NCBI GenBank assembly: GCA_031446085.1
Contig: CP132901.1
Coordinates: forward strand, 325,135 to 389,134
Direction: 5' to 3'
Length of the DNA stretch: 64,000 nucleotides
From: Arsenophonus sp.
GTDB taxonomy: Bacteria > Pseudomonadota > Gammaproteobacteria > Enterobacterales > Enterobacteriaceae
The notes under the pieces were generated by a model, which was not told the DNA's origin, ran no database searches, and worked only from the letters and a program-made list of their open reading frames with translations. Shown here piece by piece: positions 10,681 to 20,675 of the stretch (position 1 is its first letter; each line of letters starts with the position of its first letter). The position numbers and the translations under genes are program-made.

Positions 10681-11430
10681 ATGAATACCAATTTGATAAT
10701 TAATGATTGTATTAACTTCTTCAAAAATCAAAAAAATGATATTTTTATTTTTTCATTTATTACATCTTGTATTAGTGTATTTTTTTATCATTTTAGTATT
10801 TCAAATTACGATTTTGAAAAAATGATAGAAATACTTCATGCTGCAAAAAATATTAATTCACTTCTATTATGGATAAATGAATTACCAAAAGAAGAAAAAA
10901 ATTTTTTATTAAAAATTTCACTTTTATCATTAATATCAATATTTATAAATATGATATTATTATTTTCTTTAATTATTAACTATTTATTTACCTTACATAA
11001 AAATAAAAAAATATTTATTTTTTCTATTTTTATAAAATCATTATACCAATTACCTAAAATGATTATTTTATTTATTATTTGTATAATATTAATTTATTTA
11101 GGACTAATTTTATTTATTATTCCTGGCATATTTTTTACAATAATTTTATCATTTTCTCCTATTATTTTATTAGAAAAAAAAAATATAATACCCATTAATG
11201 CTATTATACAAAGCTTTAAAATTTCATTAAACAATTGGAAAAATATCTTTCCTATAATTACAATATGGTTTTTAATACAATTATTAATAAATTTAATTTT
11301 AATAAAATTAAATTTATTTCCACATATAATACACAATTTAATATCATCTATAATTAATAACTTACTTCATTCTTTCTTACTAATTTATTATTTTAGAATT
11401 TACACATTAAAAAATATTAATTATATATGA
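10681..11430 (+). CDS. yciC: UPF0259 family inner-membrane protein YciC
   Basis: 249 aa and multi-TM. NFFKNQ, IPGIFFTIILSFSPIILLEKKN and C-terminal LLIYYFRIYTL are collinear with E. coli YciC ([39 protein letters not shown]). Confidence 0.7.
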   Translation: MNTNLIINDCINFFKNQKNDIFIFSFITSCISVFFYHFSISNYDFEKMIEILHAAKNINSLLLWINELPKEEKNFLLKISLLSLISIFINMILLFSLIINYLFTLHKNKKIFIFSIFIKSLYQLPKMIILFIICIILIYLGLILFIIPGIFFTIILSFSPIILLEKKNIIPINAIIQSFKISLNNWKNIFPIITIWFLIQLLINLILIKLNLFPHIIHNLISSIINNLLHSFLLIYYFRIYTLKNINYI

Positions 11431-11460
11431 ATATATAATTCACTCTATTTTAAATAAAAA

Positions 11461-11856
11461 ATGACTCGTATTAATGTTATTTCTCCAAAAAAATTATGTG
11501 ATCAACATTTATTATCAGAACATAGGGAATTAACAAGAATTCCTAATTACATTATGAAAAAAAATGGAAATGTAAAATTATCAAATCTGAAATCATATAC
11601 ACTTGGAAAAGGACATGTGATCTTTTTTAGAAATAAATTATTATTTTTATACTTAAGATATATAAAATTAAATGAAGAATGTATTAATCGAGGATTTTTA
11701 GTAAAAAACAGATGGCCAAAAGAAGTGAAGAAATTTATTCACTTATGGCATGACTATCAAATTACAAATAAAGATATTTTAATCAATGAAAAAAGAATAA
11801 TTGAAAAAATGCCATTAAAACCTAGATTTACAAAACATTTAAAAAAACAATTTTAG
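11461..11856 (+). CDS. pyrimidine-dimer DNA glycosylase/AP lyase, phage T4 endonuclease V (DenV) family
   Basis: MTRINVISPKKLCDQHLLSEHRELTRIPN aligns without gaps to T4 DenV [29 protein letters not shown]. Thr2, Arg3, Arg22, Glu23 and Arg26 are all present. GKGHVIFF resembles GAGHVTFF, and ECINRGF resembles ECLKRGF. Confidence 0.8.
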   Translation: MTRINVISPKKLCDQHLLSEHRELTRIPNYIMKKNGNVKLSNLKSYTLGKGHVIFFRNKLLFLYLRYIKLNEECINRGFLVKNRWPKEVKKFIHLWHDYQITNKDILINEKRIIEKMPLKPRFTKHLKKQF

Positions 11857-11871
11857 AAAAAAAATTCATTA

Positions 11872-13194
11872 TTAATTTTTAATAAAATTTAACGTTAATT
11901 TTGATTTTTTATCAATACATTTTCCTGATTCAGTGATAAATAGACCAATACCTCCAATTAATATTTCATTATAATAAAGTAATGGAATTCTATCTCTCAA
12001 CCAAGGATATATATTAAATTTCTTCCATATTTTTTTACTACTAATTAATTTTTTAGAATTCATTATTTTAATGAAACCCTTTAATCCAAATCTGACTGTT
12101 ACTTTTTCAGTATATAATGGAGTTCTAAATGAAAAACCACTATTAGAAGTAGTGATAATACCTATTTGATCTGGCAAAATTAAAGATTTATTAATATTCC
12201 ATTCTAACACAATATTAGCTAGATTTTTAAATCTTTTTAAAATCCATAATTGTTTTTTAAATCTACGAATTTCATATATATGAGATATATGAAATATTGG
12301 ATCTGAATTAATTTTAGCACAAATGACGTTTTGAAAAATTTTTTCTAATTGTATTTGAGAAGGCATCAAAAGATTATAAAATCTAAACCATTTACGTAAT
12401 ATAGCATTTCTCTTTATTTTTGAATAAACAATTAATTTTTCAACTAACAACGATCCTTCTTGTGTAATTGTACGAATAAAATCCGTATATAATAATTCAT
12501 CTAATAATTTTTCTTGTTCTGCACACATCTTAGAACTTTTAAAAATAGATTGAGAAAAATATGGCCATCTTTTATTTAAAACAGAAAAAATTTTAGATCT
12601 TAAAAAATTTCGTTCATATTTTTCATCTTGATTAGTATCATCTTCAATCCAAAATAATTTTTGTCTAATAGCATATTTTTTTAAACTAATTCTATTAAAA
12701 GTTAATAATGGTCTAATTAAAAAAGTAAAAAAAAATGGACTAATTATTGACATTGATGACAAACCTTTAGGACCACTACCTCTTTTTAATGCTAAAAAAA
12801 ATGTTTCTGCTTGATCATCTAAATGCTGTCCTGTAACAACAATTTCATTAGGAAGTAAAGTTTCTAATATTGATTGATATCTTTTTTTACGTGCAGCATC
12901 TTCTAATCCCTTATCCAAGGATTGTATAAAAATTTTTTTTACAAAAAAAGGAATATTCCATTTTAAACAAATTTTTTGACAATGTATCATCCATAAATCA
13001 GATTTATTACTAATATTATGATTAACATGTAAAGCACGAATATTATATTTCGTATTCTTTTTTTTACATAAAATCATCAAGACGTGTAATAATACTGTCG
13101 AATCTAATCCACCACTAAAACTTACTAATATATTTTTGTAATTTTTTAAAATTTTATCAATTTTATTTATTAATAAACAATCATCATGATGCAT
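11872..13194 (-). CDS. tilS: tRNA(Ile)-lysidine synthase
   Basis: It has the PP-loop VSFSGGLDSTVLLH, plus TGQHLDDQAETFFLALKRGSGPKGLS and WIEDDTNQDEKYERNFLR. The C-terminal KKIWKKFNIYPWLRDRIPLLYY resembles E. coli [22 protein letters not shown]. Confidence 0.92.
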   Translation of the reverse strand: MHHDDCLLINKIDKILKNYKNILVSFSGGLDSTVLLHVLMILCKKKNTKYNIRALHVNHNISNKSDLWMIHCQKICLKWNIPFFVKKIFIQSLDKGLEDAARKKRYQSILETLLPNEIVVTGQHLDDQAETFFLALKRGSGPKGLSSMSIISPFFFTFLIRPLLTFNRISLKKYAIRQKLFWIEDDTNQDEKYERNFLRSKIFSVLNKRWPYFSQSIFKSSKMCAEQEKLLDELLYTDFIRTITQEGSLLVEKLIVYSKIKRNAILRKWFRFYNLLMPSQIQLEKIFQNVICAKINSDPIFHISHIYEIRRFKKQLWILKRFKNLANIVLEWNINKSLILPDQIGIITTSNSGFSFRTPLYTEKVTVRFGLKGFIKIMNSKKLISSKKIWKKFNIYPWLRDRIPLLYYNEILIGGIGLFITESGKCIDKKSKLTLNFIKN

Positions 13195-13303
13195 AAAAAA
13201 AATAATTTAAAAAAATAAGTTGTAAAATAAATTAATGAATTATTATCATAATTCATTAATTTATTTTACAATGTTCAATATATCATAATATTTTAATAAA
13301 AAA

Positions 13304-14251
13304 ATGAAAATACTATTAGCTAATCCAAGAGGATTTTGTGCAGGTGTAGAAAGAGCAATAAAAATTGTTAATTATGCACTATTAATTTATGGTCCACCTA
13401 TTTATGTATGGCATGAAATTGTACATAATGAATTTATTATTAATGAATTTAAAAAAAAAGGAGTAATTTTTACTGAAAACTTAAAAAAAATCAGAAAAAA
13501 TTCTATTTTAATTTTTTCTGCACATGGAGTATCAGAAAAAATTAAAAAAAAAGTCAAAAAACTTCATTTAAAAAATTTATTTGACGCTACTTGTCCATTA
13601 GTTTCTAATATACATATGGAAGTAAAAAAAGCTAGTCTTAATAACAAAGAAATCATTTTTATAGGAAATGCAGGACATCAAGAAGTAAAAGGAACAATAG
13701 GACAATATTACAATAAAAACGGAGGAATTTATTTAGTAGAATCTAAAAAAGATATTTGGAAATTAAAAATAAAAAATGAACAAAATTTGTACTATATAAC
13801 TCAAACAACTTTATCAAAGTATGACACAATGCATATTGTAAAAGAAATTTATAAAAGATTTCCTAATATTCAAAGTTCAAAATTAAACAACATTTGTTAC
13901 GCAACAATTAATAGACAAGAAGCAATTTATAATTTAGCAAAAAAAACAGATATCATCTTAATTGTTGGATCAAAAAATTCATCCAATGCAAACAGATTAA
14001 AAGAAATATCTGAAAAAATTGGAAAACCAAGTTACTTGATTAATTCATATCATGATATTAATATAAAATGGATTAAAAACATTAAAAAAATTGGAATCAC
14101 TGCTGGAGCTTCTGTTCCAAATATTATAATTGATAATATTATAACTTTTTTTAAGAAACAAGGAATTAATAAAATTATAGAATTAAATGGAAAAAATGAA
14201 AATGTTAATTTTAAATTACCAAGAAATTTACAAAAACTTATTAAAAAATAA
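13304..14251 (+). CDS. ispH: 4-hydroxy-3-methylbut-2-enyl diphosphate reductase
   Basis: MKILLANPRGFCAGVERAI, the conserved Cys in ATCPLV, HQEV, ICYATINRQ and SSNANRL are IspH/LytB hallmarks. Length is 315 aa. Confidence 0.93.
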   Translation: MKILLANPRGFCAGVERAIKIVNYALLIYGPPIYVWHEIVHNEFIINEFKKKGVIFTENLKKIRKNSILIFSAHGVSEKIKKKVKKLHLKNLFDATCPLVSNIHMEVKKASLNNKEIIFIGNAGHQEVKGTIGQYYNKNGGIYLVESKKDIWKLKIKNEQNLYYITQTTLSKYDTMHIVKEIYKRFPNIQSSKLNNICYATINRQEAIYNLAKKTDIILIVGSKNSSNANRLKEISEKIGKPSYLINSYHDINIKWIKNIKKIGITAGASVPNIIIDNIITFFKKQGINKIIELNGKNENVNFKLPRNLQKLIKK

Positions 14252-14285
14252 AAATTTTATGTTACTAATTTAAAAAATATATAAA

Positions 14286-15059
14286 ATGATTAATCAAAAT
14301 ATTAGAATTGCCATTGTTGGATCTAAAGGAAAAATGGCAAAAATGTTAATAAAAAATATTATAAATCACAAACAAATACTGTTAAAAGTAATCTTAGAGA
14401 AAAACAAAACAGATCTGACCAATCATAAAATAAAAAAAATTCTTGGAAATAAAATATTAGATATTAAAATTCAAAATAATATTTTTAATGTTCTAGATTA
14501 CTTTGATACGTTAATTGATTTTAGCGAACCAAAATCTACTTTATATTATTTAAATATATGTAAAAAATATAAAAAATCTATGATTATAGGAACAACTGGT
14601 TTTAATAAAGAAGAAAAAAAATGTATTAAAAATGCTGCAAAAAAAATACCTATTATTTATTCAACAAATTTTAGTATAGGAATGAATATAATATTTAAAA
14701 TATTAAAAATAATGACAAAATTTCTTGGAAAGAATTATGATATAGACATTATAGATATTCATCATAAAAATAAGAAAGACCTTCCATCAGGAACAACATT
14801 AGAAATTGACAAAACTATTAGAGAAATTTTAAAAAAAAAGAAAATTGATAAAAAAATAAATTCTTTTAGTATTAGAAATAGTAACATTGTTGGAGAACAT
14901 ATAATTATGTTTTCTGGAATGGAAGAAAGAATTAAAATAAAACATGAAATATTTAATAGAAAAATTTTTGTTGATGGAGTAATAAAAGGATGTCTTTGGA
15001 TAAAAAATAAAAAACATGGATTATACACTATGCAAAATATATTAAATATTGATATATAA
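14286..15059 (+). CDS. dapB: 4-hydroxy-tetrahydrodipicolinate reductase
   Basis: IRIAIVGSKGKMAK, IDFSEP, MIIGTTGF, NFSIGMN, HHKNKKDLPSGT and VGEHIIMF are collinear with E. coli DapB. Confidence 0.9.
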   Translation: MINQNIRIAIVGSKGKMAKMLIKNIINHKQILLKVILEKNKTDLTNHKIKKILGNKILDIKIQNNIFNVLDYFDTLIDFSEPKSTLYYLNICKKYKKSMIIGTTGFNKEEKKCIKNAAKKIPIIYSTNFSIGMNIIFKILKIMTKFLGKNYDIDIIDIHHKNKKDLPSGTTLEIDKTIREILKKKKIDKKINSFSIRNSNIVGEHIIMFSGMEERIKIKHEIFNRKIFVDGVIKGCLWIKNKKHGLYTMQNILNIDI

Positions 15060-15089
15060 TTTTATATATCAAAAAATAAAACAATTTAT

Positions 15090-15617
15090 TTATACTGAAC
15101 ATAAACATCTCTTATTTAAAATTAATAAAAATATACCAATAGATATAAATGAATCTGCAATATTAAAGGTAGGCCAATGAAAATTTAAAATATAAAAATC
15201 AATAAAATCTATTACAAATCCATATAATATTCGATCGATTAAATTACCTATTCCTCCAGAAAATATAAATAAATATGCTAAAATATTTTCTTTATTTATA
15301 TTTTTTTGATAAAAAATATAAATAAAGAAAATAAAACAAATAATACTAATAAAAAAAATAAGAAACCATCTCAATATATAAGATTTATTTTCAAATAATC
15401 CAAAACTAATACCAAAATTTTGAATATAAACAATATTTAAAAATGGATTTAATGAATAGATTTCATAAACATGAAACTTATTTAAAATAATTTTTTTGCT
15501 TATAAAGTCTAAAGTAATAATTATTAATGATAAAAATAAATACTTAACTTTTATAAGTTTTTGACTATCTTTTAATAATTTAAACAAATTTACGTATTTC
15601 ACCATTACCAAAAACAT
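15090..15617 (-). CDS. lspA: lipoprotein signal peptidase (signal peptidase II)
   Basis: DFISKKII, NFGISFG, GGIGNLIDR and FNIADSFISIG match LspA motifs. Both candidate ATGs (15617 and 15605) lie inside the ileS 3' end. Confidence 0.88.
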   Translation of the reverse strand: MFLVMVKYVNLFKLLKDSQKLIKVKYLFLSLIIITLDFISKKIILNKFHVYEIYSLNPFLNIVYIQNFGISFGLFENKSYILRWFLIFFISIICFIFFIYIFYQKNINKENILAYLFIFSGGIGNLIDRILYGFVIDFIDFYILNFHWPTFNIADSFISIGIFLLILNKRCLCSV

Positions 15618-18402
15618 TCAAAATACATCTATTACATAAATCTGGATACATTAAATTTAATCCTACTGTCTCAGAAATATGCCAACAACGCAAACATTTT
15701 GTGCCATTAGCTTTAAAAAATTTAATTTTTTTTATTTTAAAAACACTTTTATTTTTTTTATCAAATTCTCCTATATCAATTATTTTAATTTTTGAAATTA
15801 ATAACAAAAAATGTAACTCATTTTCTAAATGATGAAGAATTTTAGATAAATTAGTATTAACATATAAAATAATTTCAGCTTCTAAAGAATTAGAAATAAT
15901 TCCATTAATACGACCTTTTTCAAGAACTTTATTAATCGAATCTCGAACCATAAAAATACCATTCCAAAAAGTATCGTTAAATAATTCATTAGAATCTATT
16001 AAAAATAAATCTTGATAATACTCTTCTGCAAAAATTTCTTTATCATCAACTCCTGGAATATTTTTCCAAATTTCATCAGAGGTAAATGATAAAACTGGAG
16101 CGATCCATCTTACCAATGCATGTAAAATATGATACATAGCAGTTTGTGCACTATATCTTGATATACTATTTTTTTTTATAGTATACTGACGATCCTTAAT
16201 AATATCTAAATAAAATGAACCCATATCATTAGAACAAAAATCCATAATTTTTTTTATTACGCTGCGAAAATTATAATTTTCATAATATTTTTTTATAGAT
16301 TCTTGTGTTTGAAAACAACGATGAACTATCCATTGATCTAAAATAACCATATTTGATTTATCTATTTTATGAATTTTAGGATCAAATTCATACAAATTAC
16401 CTAATATAAAACGCGCTGTATTACGAATTTTTCGATATATATCTACTATTCGATACAAAATTTTTTTTGAAATTTTCATTTCATTTTTATAATCTGTTAC
16501 TGCAACCCACAAACGTAATATATCTGCACCCCATTCATTAATTATATCTTGAGGAGTAATAATATTACCTAAAGATTTTGACATTTTATAACCACGATCA
16601 TCTACTGTAAAACAATGTGATAAAATTGCTTTATATGGCGCTTTATTTTGAAAAATATTAGAAAGTATTAAAGATGACATAAACCATCCTCTATATTGAT
16701 CTTCTCCTTCTAAATACAAATCTGCAATAGGTTCTTTATTCGCTAATTTATCTCTCATGACAGTATAATGCATTGATCCAGAATCAAACCAAACATCTAA
16801 AATATCATCTAACTTATCATAATTAGATGATTCATTTCCTAATAAAATTTCAGGATTTAAATTCCACCAAGATTGAATACCATTCTTTTCTATTTTTTTT
16901 GCAATAACCTCTAAAAAATTTAAAGTACAAGGATGTAATTTTTTTGTTTTTTTATGTATAAATAATGCAATAGGAGTTCCCCAAATTCTCTGACGAGAAA
17001 TACACCAATCTGGACGATCTAACAACATAGACTTCATTCTTTTTTCTCCCCATGATGGAATCCATTTGATATTAGAAAGATTTTTTAAAATGATACTACG
17101 TAAATTATTCTTATCTAAATCAATAAACCATTGAGGAGTAATACGAAAAATTATAGGAATTTTATGACGCCAACAATATGGATAACTATGTTCATATTTT
17201 AATTGATGAAATAATAAATCTTTTTCTTTCAAAAAAGAAATTACTTTATTATTCGCTTCATCAAATAATAAAGTATTATTTAATAACGGATGTATATTAG
17301 AAAAGTAATATCCATTATTATCAATTAAATTAATCACTTTTAAACGATATTTTTTAGAAAGTGCATAATCTTCTGGACCATGTCCAGAAGCTATATGTAC
17401 TAAACCAGTACCAATTTTAGAAGTAATATTTTTATCAAAAATAACTGGAATTTTAGTTTTATTAAATGGTTGAATAAAAAATAACGATTTTAATCTATAC
17501 CCTTCTATAGTACTTAATAAAGTCCATTTTTTTATTAAACAACATTTTATTATTTTTCTTATAAGAAATTCAGAAATAATAAAACATTCTCGATTAATTT
17601 TAATTAATTGATATCTAAAATTCTTATGTACTGCAATGGCAACATTTCCTGGTAAAGTCCACGGATTAGTAGTCCAAATTATTGCTGAAATAGGTAATAA
17701 AAGATTTTTGATATTAAATAATTCATATACTAATTGAGAATTTATTACATTAAATTTTACATAAACTGAATCAGATAATTTATTTTTATATTCTAATTCA
17801 GCTTCTGCTAATGATGAAGAACACTCAATACACCAATGAACAGGTTTTACACCTTTAATTAAATATTTTGATTTAATGATCTTAATTAAAGAACGAGTAA
17901 TATTAGCTTCTATTTTAAAATCCATAGTAGAATAAAAATTATTCCAATCAGCTAATATTCCCATTCTAATAAAATCTTTTTTTTGACAATCAATTTGTTC
18001 GTTTACATATTTTCGACATAGTTTTCTAAAATGATTATTTGAAATAATCATATTTTCATTTTTAATTTTCTTTTCTATAATGTGTTCTATCGGTAATCCA
18101 TGACAATCCCAACCCGGAATATATGGAGCATCAAACCCAGATAATCCTTTAGATTTAATGATAATATCTTTTAATATTTTATTTACTGCATGTCCAATAT
18201 GTAATTTCCCATTTGCATAAGGAGGACCATCATGTAATATAAACGTTTTTTTCCCTTTTTTTACTTGTCGAATAATATTATATAAATTCTTTTTATACCA
18301 ATTATTTAAAATTTTTGGTTCAATATGTGTCAAATTAGCACGCATCGAAAATGAAGTTTTAGGTAAATTTAAAGTTTTCTTATAATCCATAATTAATCTC
18401 AT
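15580..18402 (-). CDS. ileS: isoleucine--tRNA ligase
   Basis: It has HIGH (PPYANGKLHIGH) and KMSKS motifs and a C-terminal Zn finger (CLRCWH...CNRC). The homology-supported start is MDYKKTLNLP at 18390. ATG 18402 forms an ATGA overlap with the ribF stop. Confidence 0.95.
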   Translation of the reverse strand: MRLIMDYKKTLNLPKTSFSMRANLTHIEPKILNNWYKKNLYNIIRQVKKGKKTFILHDGPPYANGKLHIGHAVNKILKDIIIKSKGLSGFDAPYIPGWDCHGLPIEHIIEKKIKNENMIISNNHFRKLCRKYVNEQIDCQKKDFIRMGILADWNNFYSTMDFKIEANITRSLIKIIKSKYLIKGVKPVHWCIECSSSLAEAELEYKNKLSDSVYVKFNVINSQLVYELFNIKNLLLPISAIIWTTNPWTLPGNVAIAVHKNFRYQLIKINRECFIISEFLIRKIIKCCLIKKWTLLSTIEGYRLKSLFFIQPFNKTKIPVIFDKNITSKIGTGLVHIASGHGPEDYALSKKYRLKVINLIDNNGYYFSNIHPLLNNTLLFDEANNKVISFLKEKDLLFHQLKYEHSYPYCWRHKIPIIFRITPQWFIDLDKNNLRSIILKNLSNIKWIPSWGEKRMKSMLLDRPDWCISRQRIWGTPIALFIHKKTKKLHPCTLNFLEVIAKKIEKNGIQSWWNLNPEILLGNESSNYDKLDDILDVWFDSGSMHYTVMRDKLANKEPIADLYLEGEDQYRGWFMSSLILSNIFQNKAPYKAILSHCFTVDDRGYKMSKSLGNIITPQDIINEWGADILRLWVAVTDYKNEMKISKKILYRIVDIYRKIRNTARFILGNLYEFDPKIHKIDKSNMVILDQWIVHRCFQTQESIKKYYENYNFRSVIKKIMDFCSNDMGSFYLDIIKDRQYTIKKNSISRYSAQTAMYHILHALVRWIAPVLSFTSDEIWKNIPGVDDKEIFAEEYYQDLFLIDSNELFNDTFWNGIFMVRDSINKVLEKGRINGIISNSLEAEIILYVNTNLSKILHHLENELHFLLLISKIKIIDIGEFDKKNKSVFKIKKIKFFKANGTKCLRCWHISETVGLNLMYPDLCNRCILNVFGNGEIRKFV

Positions 18403-19340
18403 TGAATACGTTTATAATTTCTAAAAAAATTTCTTGCAGAAATAATATCACAATAAATTTGGTTTTTTAATTTTTCTAATGAATTAAATTTTTTTTCATT
18501 GCGTAATTTTTTTCTAAATATTATTTCAATACAACGACCGTAAATATTGATATTTTTATCAATAATATAAACTTCAACTTTTTTATTTATTCCATTAAAA
18601 GTAGGACAAGTACCTATATTTGCTACTGCTTCTAATGGTTTATTTGACAAACCATAAACTTCTACTATATAGACTCCCTTTAAGGGTAATACTAAAGCTC
18701 TATAATCTATATTAGCTGTTGGAAATCCAATTAAACTACCAATTTGTCTACCATGGATAACACGACCACTTAATCTATAGGAATGTCCCATAAGATGTTC
18801 TGCTAACTTAAAATTAGCATTTAATAATGCATTACGTATAGATGTGCTACTAACACGACTTCCAAAATTGTAAAGAGTTCTTATATTAATTATTTTAAAA
18901 TCATATTGATTTTTGATTTTATTCAAATATTTTAAATCTCCTTCTCTATTTTTACCAAATCGAAAATCATCTCCAACAGCTAAAAATTTTATTTTTAACT
19001 TTTTTACTAAAAATTTCAAAACAAATTGTTCTGCAGTTAACAATGAAAAATCATGATCAAATTTCACGCATAATAAATAATCAATTTTATATTTTGAAAT
19101 GTACTTAATTTTATCACGTAATGAAGTAATGCGAGATGGGGCAGAAATTCCCATAAAATACTCTAATGGTTGTGGTTCAAAAATCATAACTATAGTTGGT
19201 AATTGAAATGTTTTACTTATTTTTTTTAAAATATTTAAAATTTTTTGATGTCCTCTATGTACAGAATCAAAATTTCCAATCGTCAAAACACATCTATTAT
19301 TTTTTAATAAAATATTTTTAATTCCTCTAACTAATTTCAT
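18399..19340 (-). CDS. ribF: bifunctional riboflavin kinase / FMN adenylyltransferase
   Basis: 313 aa. TIGNFDSVHRGHQ, GDDFRFG, SSTSIRNAL and GFPTANI are present, and the ribF-ileS-lspA order matches E. coli. Confidence 0.92.
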   Translation of the reverse strand: MKLVRGIKNILLKNNRCVLTIGNFDSVHRGHQKILNILKKISKTFQLPTIVMIFEPQPLEYFMGISAPSRITSLRDKIKYISKYKIDYLLCVKFDHDFSLLTAEQFVLKFLVKKLKIKFLAVGDDFRFGKNREGDLKYLNKIKNQYDFKIINIRTLYNFGSRVSSTSIRNALLNANFKLAEHLMGHSYRLSGRVIHGRQIGSLIGFPTANIDYRALVLPLKGVYIVEVYGLSNKPLEAVANIGTCPTFNGINKKVEVYIIDKNINIYGRCIEIIFRKKLRNEKKFNSLEKLKNQIYCDIISARNFFRNYKRIQ

Positions 19341-19492
19341 GCTAAACTCAAAAAAAGAATATTTTAAAAAATCTTCAATAAAAATAGAACTATAAATTAT
19401 TATAAATAATATTTATATTATATGAAAAATAAAAACAATCAAAAAAATATATTTTAAATTTTAATCAAATAAAAAGGATCATAAAAATTTAT

Positions 19493-19756
19493 ATGGCAAA
19501 TATTAAAAGTGCTAAAAAAAGAATAATACAATCTAAAAAACGTCGTTTTAATAATAATTGTCGTCGATCTATTCTTCGAACTTTTATGAAAAAAGTTAAT
19601 CATGCAATATTACATGGAAATAAAGAAGAAGCAGAAAAAATGTTTAAAAAAACACAATCTATTATAGATAGATATTCAAAAAATAGAAAAATAATACATA
19701 AAAATAAAGCAGCTCGTTATAAATCAAATTTAATAATGAAAATAAAATCTATGTAA
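19493..19756 (+). CDS. rpsT: 30S ribosomal protein S20
   Basis: 87 aa beginning MANIKSAKKR, basic throughout, and divergent from ribF as in E. coli. Confidence 0.95.
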   Translation: MANIKSAKKRIIQSKKRRFNNNCRRSILRTFMKKVNHAILHGNKEEAEKMFKKTQSIIDRYSKNRKIIHKNKAARYKSNLIMKIKSM

Positions 19757-19825
19757 AATTATTTACTTACATATATATCTAGAAATTAAATAAAACTATT
19801 GATTTTAAACTCATAAAAACTTCTT

Positions 19826-19865
19826 AAGTTATTTAAAAATTTTAAATTTTTAAATAACTTTTTTT
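19826..19865 (+). terminator. candidate intrinsic terminator of rpsT (17-bp perfect hairpin plus T run)
   Basis: AAGTTATTTAAAAATTT / T / AAATTTTTAAATAACTT is a 35-nt perfect palindrome at 19826-19860 that runs into T7 (19859-19865). Confidence 0.55.
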
Positions 19866-19906
19866 ATATATATGTTTGATATACTTTATATTTAAAGTAA
19901 TAAAAA

Positions 19907-19946
19907 AATAAAAATCCTTCTAAATTAATAAAGAAGGATTTTTATT
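19907..19946 (-). terminator. candidate terminator downstream of ybhL (possibly bidirectional)
   Basis: The core arms AAAAATCCTTCT (19910-19921) and AGAAGGATTTTT (19932-19943) contain three G:C pairs and extend to about 15 bp, with a 10-nt loop. T runs follow on both strands. The hairpin lies 16 nt past the ybhL stop. Confidence 0.6.
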
Positions 19947-19961
19947 GAAAAAATAAAAAAA

Positions 19962-20675
19962 TTAACGACGATCACCAAGTATACGTAAAAACATAAAGAA
20001 AAGATTTATAAAATCTAAATAAAGAGTTAATGCTCCAAATATAGCATATTTACGCATATTATCTTCATTATTATATATATCTACTTTATTGCCCATTTCT
20101 TTTAATTTTTGAGTATCATACGCTGTTAAAGCTGAAAATATTAATATTCCACAATAACTGACAAACATTGAAAAACCAGAACTTCTAAACCAAACGTTTA
20201 CAATAGATAGAATTATTAATCCTATAATTGACATAAATAAAAAAATAGAAAAACCACTTAGATCACGTTTTGTCAAATAACCATATACACTCAAAGATAA
20301 AAATGTTAAAGAAGTTATAAAAAAAGTACCGGTAACAGAAATACTAGTATAAGAAATTAATATTAATGAAGATGTTAATCCTGTTAACATCGAATATAAC
20401 ATAAACATTGAAGTTGCTAAAACAGGACTCATTCTTGATAATGCAAATGACAAAGTAAGCACTAATAAAAATTCTAAAACAACTAAAAAAATAGAAATCC
20501 AATGATTATTTGCTAAATATAATACTATTTTAGTATTATTAATAGCATACCAAGATACAAATGCAGTTAAAAATAAACCAACAGTCATCCAACCATAAAC
20601 TTGATTCATATAATTTTGAATTTCAGTTCTAGTACTTTGAATAATTGAATTATTTTGATGCTCAAATCGATCCAT
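19962..20675 (-). CDS. ybhL: BAX inhibitor-1 (BI-1/YccA) family inner membrane protein YbhL
   Basis: MDRFEH...YMNQVYGWMTVGLFLTAFVSWY...TAYDTQKLKEMG...RKYAIFGALTLYLDFINLFFMFLRILGDRR is collinear with E. coli YbhL. A GAGGG Shine-Dalgarno sequence 8 nt upstream favours ATG 20675 over 20690. Confidence 0.85.
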   Translation of the reverse strand: MDRFEHQNNSIIQSTRTEIQNYMNQVYGWMTVGLFLTAFVSWYAINNTKIVLYLANNHWISIFLVVLEFLLVLTLSFALSRMSPVLATSMFMLYSMLTGLTSSLILISYTSISVTGTFFITSLTFLSLSVYGYLTKRDLSGFSIFLFMSIIGLIILSIVNVWFRSSGFSMFVSYCGILIFSALTAYDTQKLKEMGNKVDIYNNEDNMRKYAIFGALTLYLDFINLFFMFLRILGDRR

